Assembly (NCBI GenBank): GCA_013265495.1
Contig: MU063895.1
Span: 9,379,774 to 9,443,773 of the forward strand
Direction: 5' to 3'
Source of the DNA: Vicugna vicugna
Taxonomy: Eukaryota
Length of the DNA: 64,000 nt
Position numbers and translations under genes: made by a program. Of this stretch, positions 12,361 through 26,222 are shown piece after piece (position 1 is the first letter of the stretch; each line of letters starts with the position of its first letter). The notes below the pieces were generated by a model. The model searched no databases and was not told where the DNA came from. It saw nothing but the letters and a program-made list of their open reading frames with translations.

Positions 12361-13479
12361 ATTAATGATGACAGTTGTTACTATTTTACTTTTGTCAACA
12401 TAGACTGGAGGTTGATATTCTAAACGTGTCTTTCTTACTTTGTTCTTGAGGCAAATGATGACTTTGCAGTAGTTTAACTAATAACTAGCTCACCTCTATT
12501 ACAGATTATAGTTTTTTTCTGGGTTTTATTTAAATGGTAAAGCCAGCTCCTGAAAATAAAACATATTTATGAAAAGCTGAATTTATGTGACAACTAATCC
12601 TATGAAATTTATAACCCAAACAGTAACGATTACTTATTCAACCATTGCCTGACTTCTATAATTTAAATTACAGACTAAGTGTAAGTGGACACTTTCACAA
12701 TCTTGTTCCATTCTTTGTGGTTGGAGAATGTCTTAGGTTTGTTGTAACCAGATATTACTCAGTGAGCCATGCCAGCCACTACTGCATTTAAGATGAAATT
12801 CTCAGGACACAATAATATTGGGATTAACTTACTTAATATATATGGTCCAATAATATACAGTTTCTTTTTTTTAATCTCTTATGATAATACCATTACTGTT
12901 CCAAAGAGAGGGTAAGTCTTCTCTCCTTTTCCAACAAATATTACTAAAACCCACCTTGATGCTTTCAGTTGAGTCTAACCTGGTTGTTTAATCAGACAAA
13001 GCCCCTGTCTTCATGGAATTAATGTTCAAGTTGTAGATAGAGACGTTAAAGTTAAATTACCATATTAGATCTATTATTATTATCTAGTGTTACCATTGTG
13101 TAGAGGAGAAAAGGACCTTGCAACTTATTTTGACTACAGTTTGCCCCCCATATCATTATTACTCATGGTTTCAGAATTAGAAATTTGACAGTGAATTCAA
13201 AACTGCTAGAATTTTTGTGAATGTGTAGTATTATGGAACTGTTGAAGATTTGGGTGGACAGAGTGACCTAGAAAACTATAAGATGTGGGCAAATTTTGTA
13301 ATCATTTTGAGCCAGAGTTTCTTTATCTGAAAATAGCAATAATCATCTCTTAGAGAAATTGTAAGAATTACACAAAATAATATTTTTCAGGTGCCTAACA
13401 CAGTGCTTGACAGCTTTCATGGTCAGTTGCAGGGTATCTTTTTGCATTAAAAAGTCTAGATAATTAAAACTGGATAGAA

Positions 13480-14030
13480 AATGTGATAAGCAAATTCTAA
13501 GGAACCCCATAATCCCCAAGAGTCCCTTTCCTGCTTAATCAATCGAATGTTGATCTAAATACTGCTGTGAAGGACTTTGCAGATGTAAGTCAGTTGACCT
13601 TACAGAGTTTCTCTAGCTGGTAGCAGAAGAGGCAGTCAAAGGGAGTTAAGGCATGAAGGAGATTCAACCGACAATTCAACGTTATCAGCTACAATTTTCT
13701 GGAAAGATCCTTGGCGAGGAACAGCTAGTGGTCTGAAGAAGAGGAAAGAGGCTTCTGGCCAATGGCCAGGAAATGAGGATCTCAGTCCTTTAAACACAAG
13801 GAACCGAACTGTGCCACAATATGAATGAGCTCAGAATTAGATTTTTTTTCCCTCAGATCTTCCATAAAAATGCCCAGATGTCAGACTCCTTCAGTGTGAG
13901 ACCCTGGGCAGAGAATTTAGTTGAGCCATAAAGGAGCTGTAAACTATAGAAACTATGAGATGATAAATGGAAATGATTTTAAGCCTCTTTGTTACTGGAA
14001 ATTTGCAATGCGGCAATAGAATACTGATAT
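13480..14030 (+). mobile_element. MaLR LTR (MLT1E/F-like)
   Basis: ctgctgtgaaggactttgcagatgta...gaatgagctcag...tgagaccctgggcagagaa...aatttgcaatgcggcaatagaatactgata. Confidence 0.85.
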
Positions 14031-14164
14031 AGAAAAATGTTAGTTTTCCTTTCTTCTTAATCAATATGCATCCTTTACCTTTTATTAGTTTCACTTAATG
14101 TTTGCCTTTTTGCATTAAAAACAAAAAAATCTTACTTATTTGTTAGTAAGATAATTTCAAAAAT

Positions 14165-14962
14165 TTTTAAATTGAAGTATAGTTGATTTAAAATGGTGTG
14201 CTAGTTTCATGTGTACAGCAAAGTGAATCAGATATACATATATATGTATACATATATATACTTTTTCAGATCCTTTTTCATTACAGGTTACTACCAGCCA
14301 TTGAATATAGTTCCCTGTGCTATACAGTAGGTCTCTGTTGTTTATCTATTTTATATATAATAATGTGTATCTGTTAATCCCAAACTCCTAATTTACCCCT
14401 CTACCACCACTTTCCCCTTTGTTAACCTTAAGCTTGTTTCCTATGTCTGTGAGTCTATTTCTGTTTTGTAAATAAGTTCATTTGTATCATTTTTTTTACA
14501 TTCCACATATAAGTGATATTATATGATATTTGTCTTTCTCTTTCTGACTTACTTNNNNNNNNNNNNNNNNNNNNNNNNNNNNNNNNNNNNNNNNNNNNNN
14601 NNNNNNNNNNNNNNNNNNNNNNNNNNNNNNNNNNNNNNNNNNNNNNNNNNNNNNNNNNNNNNNNNNNNNNNNNNNNNNNNNNNNNNNNNNNNNNNNNNNN
14701 NNNNNNNNNNTGTAGAGTGCTGCTATGAACACTGGGGTGCATGTGTCTTTTTGAATTAGAGCTTCTTCCAGATATGTGACCAGGGGTGGGATTGCTGGAT
14801 CATATGGTAAGTCTATTTTTAGTCTTTTGAGGAATCTCCATACTGTTTTCCATAGTGTCTGCACCAATTTACACTCCCACCAAAAATGCAAGAGAGTTCC
14901 CATTCTCCATACCCTTTCCAGCAATTATTATCTGTAGGCTTTTTGATAATGGCCATTCTGAT
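14165..14962 (-). mobile_element. LINE-1 3' end including the ORF2 C-terminal remnant
   Basis: ORF 14496-14924 (-) reads [36 protein letters not shown], the L1 ORF2 C-terminal cysteine-rich region; 3'UTR ends aaattgaagtatagttgattta. Confidence 0.95.
14555..14710. other. Assembly gap (156 N) inside the L1
   Basis: Run of N from 14555 to 14710. Confidence 1.
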
Positions 14963-17900
14963 GGTTTTTTTTTAAAAAATCACTTGATCTGCGTCCTTGA
15001 CTTTCTACAGATCTCCACCTACATAATCAGATACAGGATTATGTGGTTATCTTATTTATTCACAGAAAAAAATGTGCTTAATGTTGCTGGAATATTTTGG
15101 TCAGTTGTACAATGAGTTACTGCCTTCAGACAACTGTCTACCATAAGAAAGAAACTCCAAAGGGCCTCATTCTCTTTAATATTGTGAGGCAATTGGCTTT
15201 TACCAAGATGCTCCTTGGATTTTATATAACATTAACTCAGTTATCTTTCTTACTCTGTGGCCATGTCTCACCCCATTAAAAGGTTTTCCAAAAATCAGTG
15301 ATTCTCTAACTGCTTTCTTGCTTTGATTATATGTTTTGATTCATGGATTTCAACGATCACCTTTCTGCTGCACCTAACACAGGGCCTGGTAGCAGCAGGA
15401 GCTCTGTACACGTGTGAAAATTAGTAACAATTTACGACTCTCAACTTTGTATTTCTAATCCTAATCCTTCACATGCCATTGGAACTCATGTCCAACTACT
15501 TGCTAGATATTTTGATGTAGAGTTTTCAAGTGAAATACAGGACATCCTGTTAATAATTTTTAAATATAAGTATGTACCAAATATTGCATGGGACATACCA
15601 ATGCTAAAACAGTCATTAGTTATCTGGCAGGCAAATTAAACTGGACTTCATGTATTTGCATTTGTGAAATCGGCAAGCCTAGTTTAATGCACATTGAAAT
15701 CTTGAAGTCAAGATGTCCAAAGCAAATTACTATTATCACTGCAAGCGACACCTGTGATGTTTTTCACTGTTAGATTACTTTAGCCAATCAGGCCTGACTC
15801 CTCAGGAAAAGCAAGTAGTGTAACTGAGTAATTAATGAATAAGGCCCAGACCCTAGCCTCCTGATTACAATAGCTCAGGTCTACTTCCTAGCTCCATCAC
15901 TTACGAGCCGTGCAGCTGTAGCAATCTGCCAAACTTGCAAAAGACTCTGTTTCTTTATAGGTAACAACAAGGTGGTGATAATAGGAGCCCATATTGATAG
16001 CTTTTCACTAGAATTAAAATGTAGGATCGTGTAAGCACCTAGGCAGGCAGGGAGGAACTACTCAATTCTGTCTCTTCCCCATTTGTGGTCCATAGGGCAT
16101 AAGTTAGCGTGATACTGGGTTGTGGGACGAATTCAAAGACATTCGAAGAGTATGGGGAAGTAGTGAATATCTTGACTTTTTACAAATATTCATATAAGTA
16201 TATATTTATTTGGTAGCTTTCTAGAGCAGAACTGAAATTATTGATCAAAATCATATCTATTTGTTCCTATTTGTGTGTCTGTAGATAGGATCGCATTGGG
16301 TATCTCTAGCATAGTGTTTTTCTGCCTGTAGATGAGAAAATCCTCTTTAGTTTTCTATGAAGCAGGAAGCAATGCCTGATTGTATTCTATTTTTTCTAGT
16401 ATGAGCTTTGTGAAAGCTAATTTTCCTTTGATAGATCTTAGCAATTAGGTTGTTTGTAATAGGTATTTGGCTAGATTTTCAAATTCTGGGGAAAACATTC
16501 AATAAGGTGCTGAGCAACAGAAAACTTATTAAAAATGCAAACTGTTTAGCTTTAGGGAAAGGATATTGGTGAAAATTTGGATTCTTTCTGTTGTTTGTGT
16601 TTTCACTGACACCGGTAAATCATTTGGCGATGAGATGATGAAAAAGTTTACACTTTGTCAAGAAATTAGATAATATTCAATATTTCTTGTTACAAGGAAA
16701 GGTTGGTGGCTCTAAATGGTTAAACTTGGATCTGTTGCATCCTGAATTCAGCTGTAAAAAGACTTGGGCTAATTTAATATGGAAATATATTTAAATATTT
16801 ATTAATTCGTCATTAGTAACTGAACCTAAAAGTCCTTGAGTGTCTGCTGTATATGAGTCATGGTACTAAGGACTATGTGACACTGGGAATTCTTCATTGA
16901 GGGAGTGCAAGCATGGAATCCTCAACGGAAGGTGGGCAGATGAACTGATAGGTAGGATGGACTGGAGAGGGGATCTGGGGGCAGCAGTGGTAACAATCCA
17001 CCTCTGTGCTGGAACGGGGTCAGTATAGAGTATCTCACGTACTAGACCCAAGCCCAGGCTCGAACCACGGCAGCACAGAGAAGAGAAATTCGGGTAACGA
17101 TCCATAATGTGTCAGAGTGGGACAAGAGAGGAGGAGACAGGAACTCTCTGAAAGACCTTTTTAAAAAGACCACTTGATATCATTATTATTTAAAATATCT
17201 ATTAAGGTTAAACATAATGATAATCATCAGCCAAGGAAAGGGAGCTGAAAGATCTGATATAATTCTCAGTGAACTACTTATATGTGAACTGGGAATATTA
17301 GAACTCCTAAGTGATTTCCAAGAGAATTATTTGACAAAAGCCTCTTGACCTGGGCTGTGACACGTCACTCATCATGACTCCAGCAACATGAGTCTGTAAG
17401 GAACGAATCAGGCCGTGAGATATCATCAGGCCAGGGGTCAATTCATTCTTTGAAAGGGTTTATCTGTTATCATTGGATAACAGATTGGACTCTGCAGCTC
17501 AATCAAAGCTCAAACCCAGCTGCTACCACTCACCGCTGCCCTGAACCAGCAATTAATGTCAGACCAAGCATTCCTGGGGTTATCACAAAATCTGAAATTG
17601 GGCCCTGGCATTTGAATTCTGAACAGTATGTTCCCTATTTGCCTCTTAACACGTTTGTCTATTTTAAGCATTCACACCAAATGTGTATTAAGTCCTTCAT
17701 ATTTTCTCACGTGTCCTGCCTCAAAAGCTATACAATAAAGAGGATGTTAAGAAGAAAGAGTTGAGAAAGAATATTCTTCCTCTATTTTTAGTTGTAATAG
17801 TGGGGTTTGTTCTGTTTTGTGTATCTTGTTTTCACATGTTTTCCTTTGATTTAGAGATCATTAGGGAGAGATGTTAATTTTATTGGTGGATCTGAAAGTA

Positions 17901-18479
17901 AGACCAAAGCTGTGTGCTGGAGAGAAATTATTGACTCCTAGCCTGCAAATAAACAAGGCACCAAACTGAAAATGCCAGCTGTCAAATACCTGATCCAAGC
18001 CAGAGGTGACAAGGAAACAAAGCACATGGCAAAGGCTACGCTTTGGTGATCAAGTGATCATAAGATTTGCATAAAATTGTAAGGTTGGGAGTGTGCAGGA
18101 ATCTCATCTCAATTTACAACCATCAGAATTACTGGCTATGAGATCATTTTATATAATAAAATCTTTCTATCAGAAATCTGTCATGATTAGATGACCTACC
18201 ACTTGAGACTGCTAACCTTTTAAGGGTCATGAGATAAAACAAGTATTACAATGCCTTTTCCCCACTTCCATTATGTCTGGGTCTCTGTACCCCAGCCTCC
18301 AATCTGTCCCCATCAAAAAAGAAAAGAAAAGAAAATGGTGACCGAACATTGTGTCTCAACCTGGGCTATATTGAGACAAAATATGTGACTGTTTTGTTTT
18401 TCTATTTTATCACATCAGTAACGAGGGTATTCTAGATAACTTCTCAGCCATGTGGCTTTTATTTAACAGTTAACTACTG

Positions 18480-19680
18480 CCTCGCTCTTTAAACATGGTT
18501 CGCTTGAACTTCAGAGCAATATTCTGCTGATTGTAATTTCTCATATTTCTTTTTAAGCTCGTCTCCTTCCGTCTCTTCCTAGGCACACTGCAGTCCTTCT
18601 CCTTACTCTGATCTTTCTGCTCAAATTTCCTTACTGGAAGATCTTAACCACTTTTATGATTTTAACAACCATCTATAGGTGAGAAATTCCAAATTGTTAT
18701 CTAGCTTTGACGTCTCTCCGAGTTTCAGAATTATAAACCTAAATATCTGTTTGACTCTCCTTAGACAGTTATACTCATTATGATATTCAAGATGTATACA
18801 ATTAGACAGATGATCATCTATCCACATATCACCACTTTCCCACACACAGTATGTTACCTCCGGCTGTAGAAGCCTCTCATTCAATATCACACTCTTTCTA
18901 GATAATGCTTCCAAATTATATCTGTTAGCCATGCTAGTCTGAGTTATTTCTAAAATCCTCCCTTCCTTTGTTTCCCTTTAATCATGGGCTTAGTTGACTC
19001 CTTCACTTTTAGCCCAGGAAAAAAACTGTAAAATCTTCTTATCTTTACTATCACCTTCATCTTAAACAAATATCTAGTCATATTGCCCATTATTGACTGA
19101 TTAATTAATCAATTCAGAAAATATCTGCTAGCTTATTAATATATACCAGGCACTGTTGAGTGTGTTGAGATTACAACAGTGAAAAGAGAAAGAGACGATT
19201 GCCTTACCCCCGCTGAATTTTTGTTATGGGAAAGTGATGAGAAGGAATTTATAAAACCTAATTGAACAAGAAAATGATAATAAAATTACTAATGTTGATA
19301 AATGGTGTTCATGAAGGAAACAGACAAGAGGCTTAGACTGAAAGTGAAAGAACGCCAAAGAAATCTGAGATTTCAAGGGATACCTTTCAGAGGAAGTGAC
19401 ATATAAACCCGCAGCAAAACACGAGAAAGAGCTAGCCATGGGAAGTGTGTGTGTGTGTGAAGTGGGGCTTCGCTGTGGTGGTGCCGGACATTCCAAGGAG
19501 AGGAAACAGGATATGCAAAGAACCCTGGTGTAGAAGAGCTTGGCATGGTCAAGGAATAAAGAAAAAGAAAAAGAAAAAGAAAAAGAAAAAGAAAAAGAAA
19601 AAGCTACCACTGGGGCTAAGACACAATGAATAATGGTTAGAGTGATGGCAGTCAAGAATAGAAAAAGACAAAAGCCAAAC
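18480..19680. mobile_element. Adjacent L2 fragments in opposite orientations
   Basis: Pyrimidine-rich L2 sense segment to about 19090, then antisense L2 (taccaggcactgttgag...gagattacaacagtg). Confidence 0.6.
19561..19602 (+). repeat. (GAAAAA)7 hexanucleotide microsatellite
   Basis: Seven perfect units counted. Confidence 0.98.
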
Positions 19681-20129
19681 CATCCAAACCTTGTAATCTG
19701 TGGGATTTACATGTCTCTGACTTGCAATAAAGGCATTAAGTATTTACAAGTCTGAGTAATAAAGCAAATGGCCTGCAGAATGAAGTTTAAGTTCAAGCTT
19801 TCTAGTGTGATATATAGACCCTTCACAATTTAACCTCCATTTTCCTCCAAGCTTTGTCTCTTGATACTTGATGCCTTACAGTGTATGCATTAGTAGTTCT
19901 GCCACCTCTGAAATTGCTGGTTTATCCTTTGGTGGCTTGCTTTGTTCTTCTTCCCTTTGCTTGGAGTGTTCTTCCCCAATTTCTTTGCTGAACTTCTATG
20001 TAACTTAGATGCCAATTCCACTTAACAGCATCTGCAGGAACTTCAGGCCAGCTTGGCAATGTATTTTTTATACTCTCATATGTATGACATATGAGTGATG
20101 TATCTGCAGGCCATGATTATATGCAAACT

Positions 20130-20151
20130 TATATATATATATATATATATA
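20130..20151. repeat. (TA)11 microsatellite
   Basis: Direct reading. Confidence 0.95.
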
Positions 20152-20167
20152 CATAGACATATACGTG

Positions 20168-20743
20168 TGTAATCAAGCAGGACCCTAGCCTGGCTCAAGA
20201 GTTAATTATTGAAAGGATGTGAACATGTAGTGAGAAAAATAAGACTTCGGCCAGGAGAAATGGTAATAATTTACACAGCAAATCAGCCATATAGCAGTCA
20301 CAGACTCTTTAGTTCCTCCCTGAAGGACACAGATAATGGTGTCTGATGCACATTCCCAAGCTGTTTTACAGACCAGCTCTCCCTCCCCAACACACACACC
20401 AAATGCAAAAAGTTAGCTACATGATGACCATGAGCGTGTAGCCCCCAAACTAGCTGGAGCCTGAGGATTAAGGATGTTAACCCCTGTGACAGCACTCTGT
20501 TACTTCACCATCAACCAATTAGAGAATTGCATACCAGCTGGTCACGCATCCTGCAACACTCCCCCACACCTTGCCTTTAAAAATGCTTCCCTGAAACCCA
20601 TCATGGGATTTGGGTTTATTGAGCATTAGCTTCCCCACTCCTTGTTTGGTGCCTACAATAAATACTGCACTTTTTATCACCACAACCTGGTGTCAGTAGA
20701 TTGCCTTTACTGCCTGTGGGTGAGTGGACTCTGGTTTGGTAAT
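20168..20743 (+). mobile_element. ERV1-class solo LTR (artiodactyl MER41_BT-like)
   Basis: Starts tgtaatcaagcaggaccct; has ccttgcctttaaaaatgcttccctgaaaccc, AATAAA at 20657-20662 and ends near ggtttggtaa. Confidence 0.8.
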
Positions 20744-20891
20744 GTACATAGATAAACAGGTATGCCCACACATACACATAAATATGTGCAAGGCATTTTA
20801 ATAAAATAGGTATGATACAACGAATAGTTATTACTAGTACAGAAACCTTCCAGTTCGTCTAGTGACTTAAAAATTAATCAGTTTTCTTCCG

Positions 20892-21320
20892 TGTATTAGT
20901 TTTATATGGCTACCTTAAAAAATTGCCACAAACTTGGTGGCTCAGTGCAATGCAAATTTATTACTTTTGTTTCTTTACATTGGAAGGCTGACAAGGTATC
21001 ACTGGAATAAAATCAAAGTACCTCTGTATTGCTGTATTCCTTGTTGAAGTTCTAGGGGAGAATTTATTTCCTTGCCTTTTCCAGTGTCTGGAAGCCACTT
21101 AACATTCTGTGGCTCATAGTCCCTTCTCCACCTTCCAAGGCAGCTGTGTTGTATCTCTCTGGGATCTCCTTCATAGCCACATCTCCCTCTGACTGATTCT
21201 TCTCTTCTGCTTATATCTTCTATATTTAAGGACCCTTATGATTACATTGAACTCACCAGGACTATTCCAAGACACATCCATTTTAAGGTCAGAAAATTAG
21301 CAACCTTAATTACATCTATG
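20892..21320 (-). mobile_element. MaLR LTR (MLT1C/D-like)
   Basis: tgtattagtttt...aattgccacaaacttggtggct...ctaggggagaatttatttccttgccttttccag...aaggacccttatgattacattg. Confidence 0.85.
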
Positions 21321-21999
21321 ACTTTAATTTTCACCAAAATGACATAGCTCAGATTTTATCCAGTAGTAAATGGTGACCCCCTGACCATTATAACCTTGTA
21401 GAGGAGAAATACACCTGTTGGGAAAAGGGTTTTAGGAAGTGCTGTCTGGCGTCAGGGTTATAGGGATAGATGGGAGAGGAAGAGACTGCTCTGATGAAAC
21501 TACCCTTCTTTTACAAGAACAGTACATTTTAAACTTTTTTAAGCTCACAGCCTAGAGATCCTAATGTCCTAAGTATTTCTGTCTCCATCTTAGCCCTGAT
21601 AAAATGCTGAGAATTAATAGAGGAATTGATAGCTGAAATTCAAGTGACTGGGTTGAATCACCCACCTTCTTTTGTAGAGTAACAGTCTTTTACAGGAGAC
21701 AGATACTTCTCAAGTATATTGGCATGTATTCTAAACATCGTGTTCAGTATTTCCATAGGCATTTTATAGTGACCCGTCTTGGCTACAAAGGGCCACATTG
21801 ATTAATTGGCAATGAGGAGAATCTAGAGTACTTACTAGGATTATTGCAGGCAGCACTCGACTAGATACAGTGTAGCTTGAGTTGCCATATTCAGGCTTGA
21901 AGACCACACGCAAGACAGTGTCCATTCAACATGAAGCACAGTGGGTCCAGATCCACTATTACCTCATCGCTGCACCTCTACTAATGAGGCCTCAGTGAG

Positions 22000-22350
22000 C
22001 TAATACAATGCTTCCACAGGAAGGGGATCTAGTAAAAGAACTGAGGAAACATGTCATGTAGGAAGAATGCAAATAGAGATAATATGTCTGAAGAGGATGT
22101 AACATGGGTATTTTCAAATATCTTAAATCCTGTCACGTGGAAGAGAAAATAAAATGACCTAATAGGGGGATTAAAGAGGAAGCAAGTTTAGGTACAATGT
22201 GAGGAAGAACTTGCTAACCGTGCTGCCTAAGAATGAAATGGGCTGCTTCACTTTTAAAACAAAACAAAGCAAAATAAAAAACAGTTGATTATCTGTTGGA
22301 AAGATGCTTCAAAACCAGAGTAGATGACCCAGAGAATTATTTCTAACTCT
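22000..22350 (+). mobile_element. L3/CR1 3' fragment
   Basis: tattttcaaatatcttaaatcctgtcacgtggaagag...tttaggtacaatgtgaggaagaacttgctaac...aatgaaatgggctgc. Confidence 0.6.
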
Positions 22351-22989
22351 ATGTTTCATTGAATGTAAATTATTCTAGGCATCACATCCATGGAGGAAGG
22401 AAAACTGGTTCTCTAATTGCTAAATTCTAAGCTTTCTCAGCAAATGGACATAAAGGCTGACATTATCTTAAAATTGTTAAATCAGAGGTAGTTGATTTTA
22501 TATTGATGTTACATTATACTTCAGTCTGAAAGCCAGTACATTGCCAAACTTGGCAAGCTTTCCTACTGTGGATCTTTAAGAAAGAGAATCAGAATATCTA
22601 ACAAAACATGAAAGACCACAAATGTACAGTATTATAAAGTATTATTCCCTAGAGAATAGAAATTGATTTCCCCAAGCTAAGGACAATATCTGATATCTGC
22701 TGTTGTAGTACGAAACTGAGAACATGGACCCTACCACAGAACTGTGCCCTATAGGCTATTAAATTCAAAGAAATAAGTAAAATAGATTATTTGTATATAT
22801 GTTCATTTTTCAAGGGTCACAGTCTAATTTTATAAACACAAGAGAAAATGATGAGCTGCATTTCTTTGAAGTTACAAATACATGCCAATTTGACAGAAGA
22901 GTACTTGATACAGTTTGGCTGAATTTTAGCTTATTTTCTGGTTTGCCTGGGTGTTTTTAATTTATTAAATGCAATACCATAAAAATAGG

Positions 22990-23400
22990 TGCTTTCATAT
23001 ATTGCTGACAGGGCTGTAAATCGGTACAAACTTTCCAAAGGGCAATTTGATAATATGTTTCAAAAGTCTTAAGTATTTGACAACCCATGGCCACCTTTTA
23101 AGATTAATCACAAGAAAAAATCATGAATATGAGCAAGGATGTAGACATAAGGCTATTCATTGCAGCAAAGTCTAAAGACTGAAAAAGAGAAAGAATCCAC
23201 ACATCTAACATTAGAGCATTATTTAAAGGCTTATTCTTCCATAAAATGAGATAGAAAGTAATTAATTGGTTTACTGTAGATTAATATTTAATAACGTGGA
23301 CAACTGTTTGCAATAATTGTTGCAAATACAAGTATGTTACAAAGCAGAATTTATAGTTTGATCTCATTTTGATTAAAGAGCAATGCTGTACAACATTAAC
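22990..23400 (+). mobile_element. Old L1M (L1ME-like) 3' fragment
   Basis: gggctgtaaatcggtacaaactttccaaagggcaatttgataatatg...aaggatgtagacataaggctattcattgcagc. Confidence 0.65.
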
Positions 23401-25329
23401 AGTGATTATCTCTGTACGCTAATTTTACCTAAATTTTCCTTATTGTCTCACTTTGCTTATTTTAAAAAATGTTCAGTGTTTAATGTGATTTAATTCAATA
23501 AGGAGTAAATATTTCTAAAGCCAACAGAGCAAGTTAATTTTTTATCTGCTTGCTAATAGTCACTTGCAAATGTACCTGAAATGTAATGAACACAAAAATT
23601 AATTCTGATGGTTCATTGTGTGGTTGCTGTTGTCTATAAAAATGTGAATTTGGTAAGTGATAAGTTAAACAAGAGTGGGCTAGACCCCTTGTATTGAAAA
23701 AGCAACCAGGAGGGATTAAGCTAAAACAGTAACATTGTCTCTTGAAAATCTTTTCACTTTCTAATTTGCAGTATATGCCTGATATTTTTATTTAATATTA
23801 AATACATATGAACATCTATATCATAATACACACATAGGCATAGACTATGTTGATTATCCATGCTTCAGGAAAAAAAATGTTGACAACTAAACATAAAATC
23901 TCTGAGAGAGAAAACAAACTAGCCAACTTTGCAGAGGCTATAATAAAATTTATTATTTTCTGGATCTTGAAAAACGATTCACCACTCACAAAGTAAGGAC
24001 ATACTCTTCCAAACGTAGATTGTTCTGGCTGATTTACATCATTATTTACCTTCTCAAGATAAACTCAAAGTAAAATAGCATTGAAAATATTGAAAATAAA
24101 AGATTTAAAATTCATTAAATATCTTTACATGTAACGTTGCAGTACAACGGCTTATTCAGGAGGCCAATAATTTGTTTCCTGGAATAACACATTGGAAAGT
24201 CAAGTTAAGCAGTGTGAGTCACATGTGTTCACATATGGCACCATTTTGTAAAGATCATTAAGCCAGGTGGATTCTCTCACACATAAAATAGTTACTTTGC
24301 ATTTCCTTCATAAGGGTGCATTTGTGCAACCACTGGGACATGGGGTTTCTATTACACTTAATGAAGTGTACCGAAATCAGTGGAAGAATCAAACTATCAC
24401 CTTCACTCCTGATTTCCTTCTGGGGGCCTTCGTGTGCAGGTGAAACTACGTGTCACTGTGGGCTGAGTGAGCTTTAGCCATATGTATTTCCAGGAGGAAA
24501 GAAGAGCTGAAAACACTCCTGTGATTTCAGATTCAAAAATACGAAATTATTCAATTGATAGAAAGGCATTTCTTCAACATTTTCCCATGAGGATGCAATC
24601 AGAAAGAAAAATACTTTAATAAAAGGAAAATACCCTTGACAAAATCAAGCGTGTAAAATGAGGTTACGTTAAAATGCATCATTTTCACACAACCATTCTA
24701 CATCAAGTGTGGTATTGAGGTTGAATCACTGAATGTGAAAATATTATGAAAAGCACTCAATGCAAATAGGGAAAAAGTCATTTTAAAATATTTATGAGCT
24801 GCTCTTCATAAAACTTTGCTCAATATATTAAATAAGAAAATTTTATGCCAAGAAGAATTTGTATTTTAGGAATTCTTTCTATTATTCTTAAATCTAAAAT
24901 ATATAGTTAGATTGCCATTGATGAGAAATTCTTTGCATACCAAATAGCTACTAAGCTCTAAAAATATGCCTGTTGCAGTTCTCAAAAAAGTAAAGTGTTG
25001 CACTTGATTCTGCTAATATAGTATATTATTTTAAATTGCCTCATCGTCACACAAGTAGAAGATATAGGAGTACAAAATGGCTTACAAATAGCTTTTTAAG
25101 AAAGCTACCTTTGAGGTAAAATAATTTCCCCATTCATGTAGATTCTAGTTGAATACCTGGATCTGAACAGAAATCTGTTTAAAAGTGAATGCTATAAGGG
25201 AAAATTACCCCATTTTTTCCAAAAAGGAGATGATGAATGAGTCCCTGTTCTTATCTCATAAATATCTCCTGTAAGATTTATTTCTCTTATGCCTTTTCTT
25301 AAGATCTATTTGAAACAGACAGTCTTTTA

Positions 25330-26222
25330 GTTAATGTATCTCAAATGGAACTCTGTATAGCCCCTCTTTCCCTCCACTCATTCCTCATATCCACAGATCC
25401 TACCAATATCCACCCAGGCGCTCAACCCAAACCAGGAAATGACTCTTGGTTTCTCTTTCTGTATAGCCCCGCCTTCCCCTCAGCATCTGGCCTGTTAAGT
25501 CTGTTTTCCATCGACTCACTTCCCTCCATCTGTGTCATGTGCCCTTGTTCATATCATTAGTGTCTCTGATCCAGATTACTGGTTAGTCTCTTGACCAACA
25601 GGCCTCCTAACAGGCCTCCCTCTTCTCCACACTCCATTCTATATTCCAGTAGCTAAAGTCATCTTATTTAAAATATCTATTAGACCATGTCATTGGCCTA
25701 ACACTCCCTAATGCTTTTATGTTGGGTTAAAATCAAAATCTAAACTGTCTACCAGGGTCTTCTCAGGCCCTATGAGACCAGGTCTCTCCCTGTCTCTTCA
25801 GTGTCACCAGAGAACATTTTACGTGGTCTCCATACTTCACCAACATTGGTCATGTTGGTCCTCTCAAGCATGTCAGCTTACTTTGCTTCCGAGTCTTTGG
25901 TCTTGCTCTTACCTTGGCCCTTCTCTCAAACATGTTCACTGCTGCTTCTTTCTGGTCATTCCGGTCTCAGGTCAGATGTCACTTCCTCAAGGACCTTCTC
26001 TGTTCCCCTTGTAGTAAGTTTCCAACTCCCAACCCAGTTACTCCATCGCAGCATCCCATTTTATTTCAAAGAGCCTGTTTGCCTGAACATTTATTTTTAA
26101 TTTTTTTTTTTGCTTACTTGTTTAGAGCTCTATTTCCTGTTTTAACACCTGAGCTTTACTATCGTACCCTTTAGAACTGTACTCAGACAAAATAAGTGTT
26201 CAATAAATATATGATTGAATAA
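25330..26222 (+). mobile_element. L2 long 3' fragment
   Basis: ccagattactggttagtctc...gatgtcacttcctcaaggaccttctctg...aagtgttcaataaatatatgattgaat. Confidence 0.85.
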
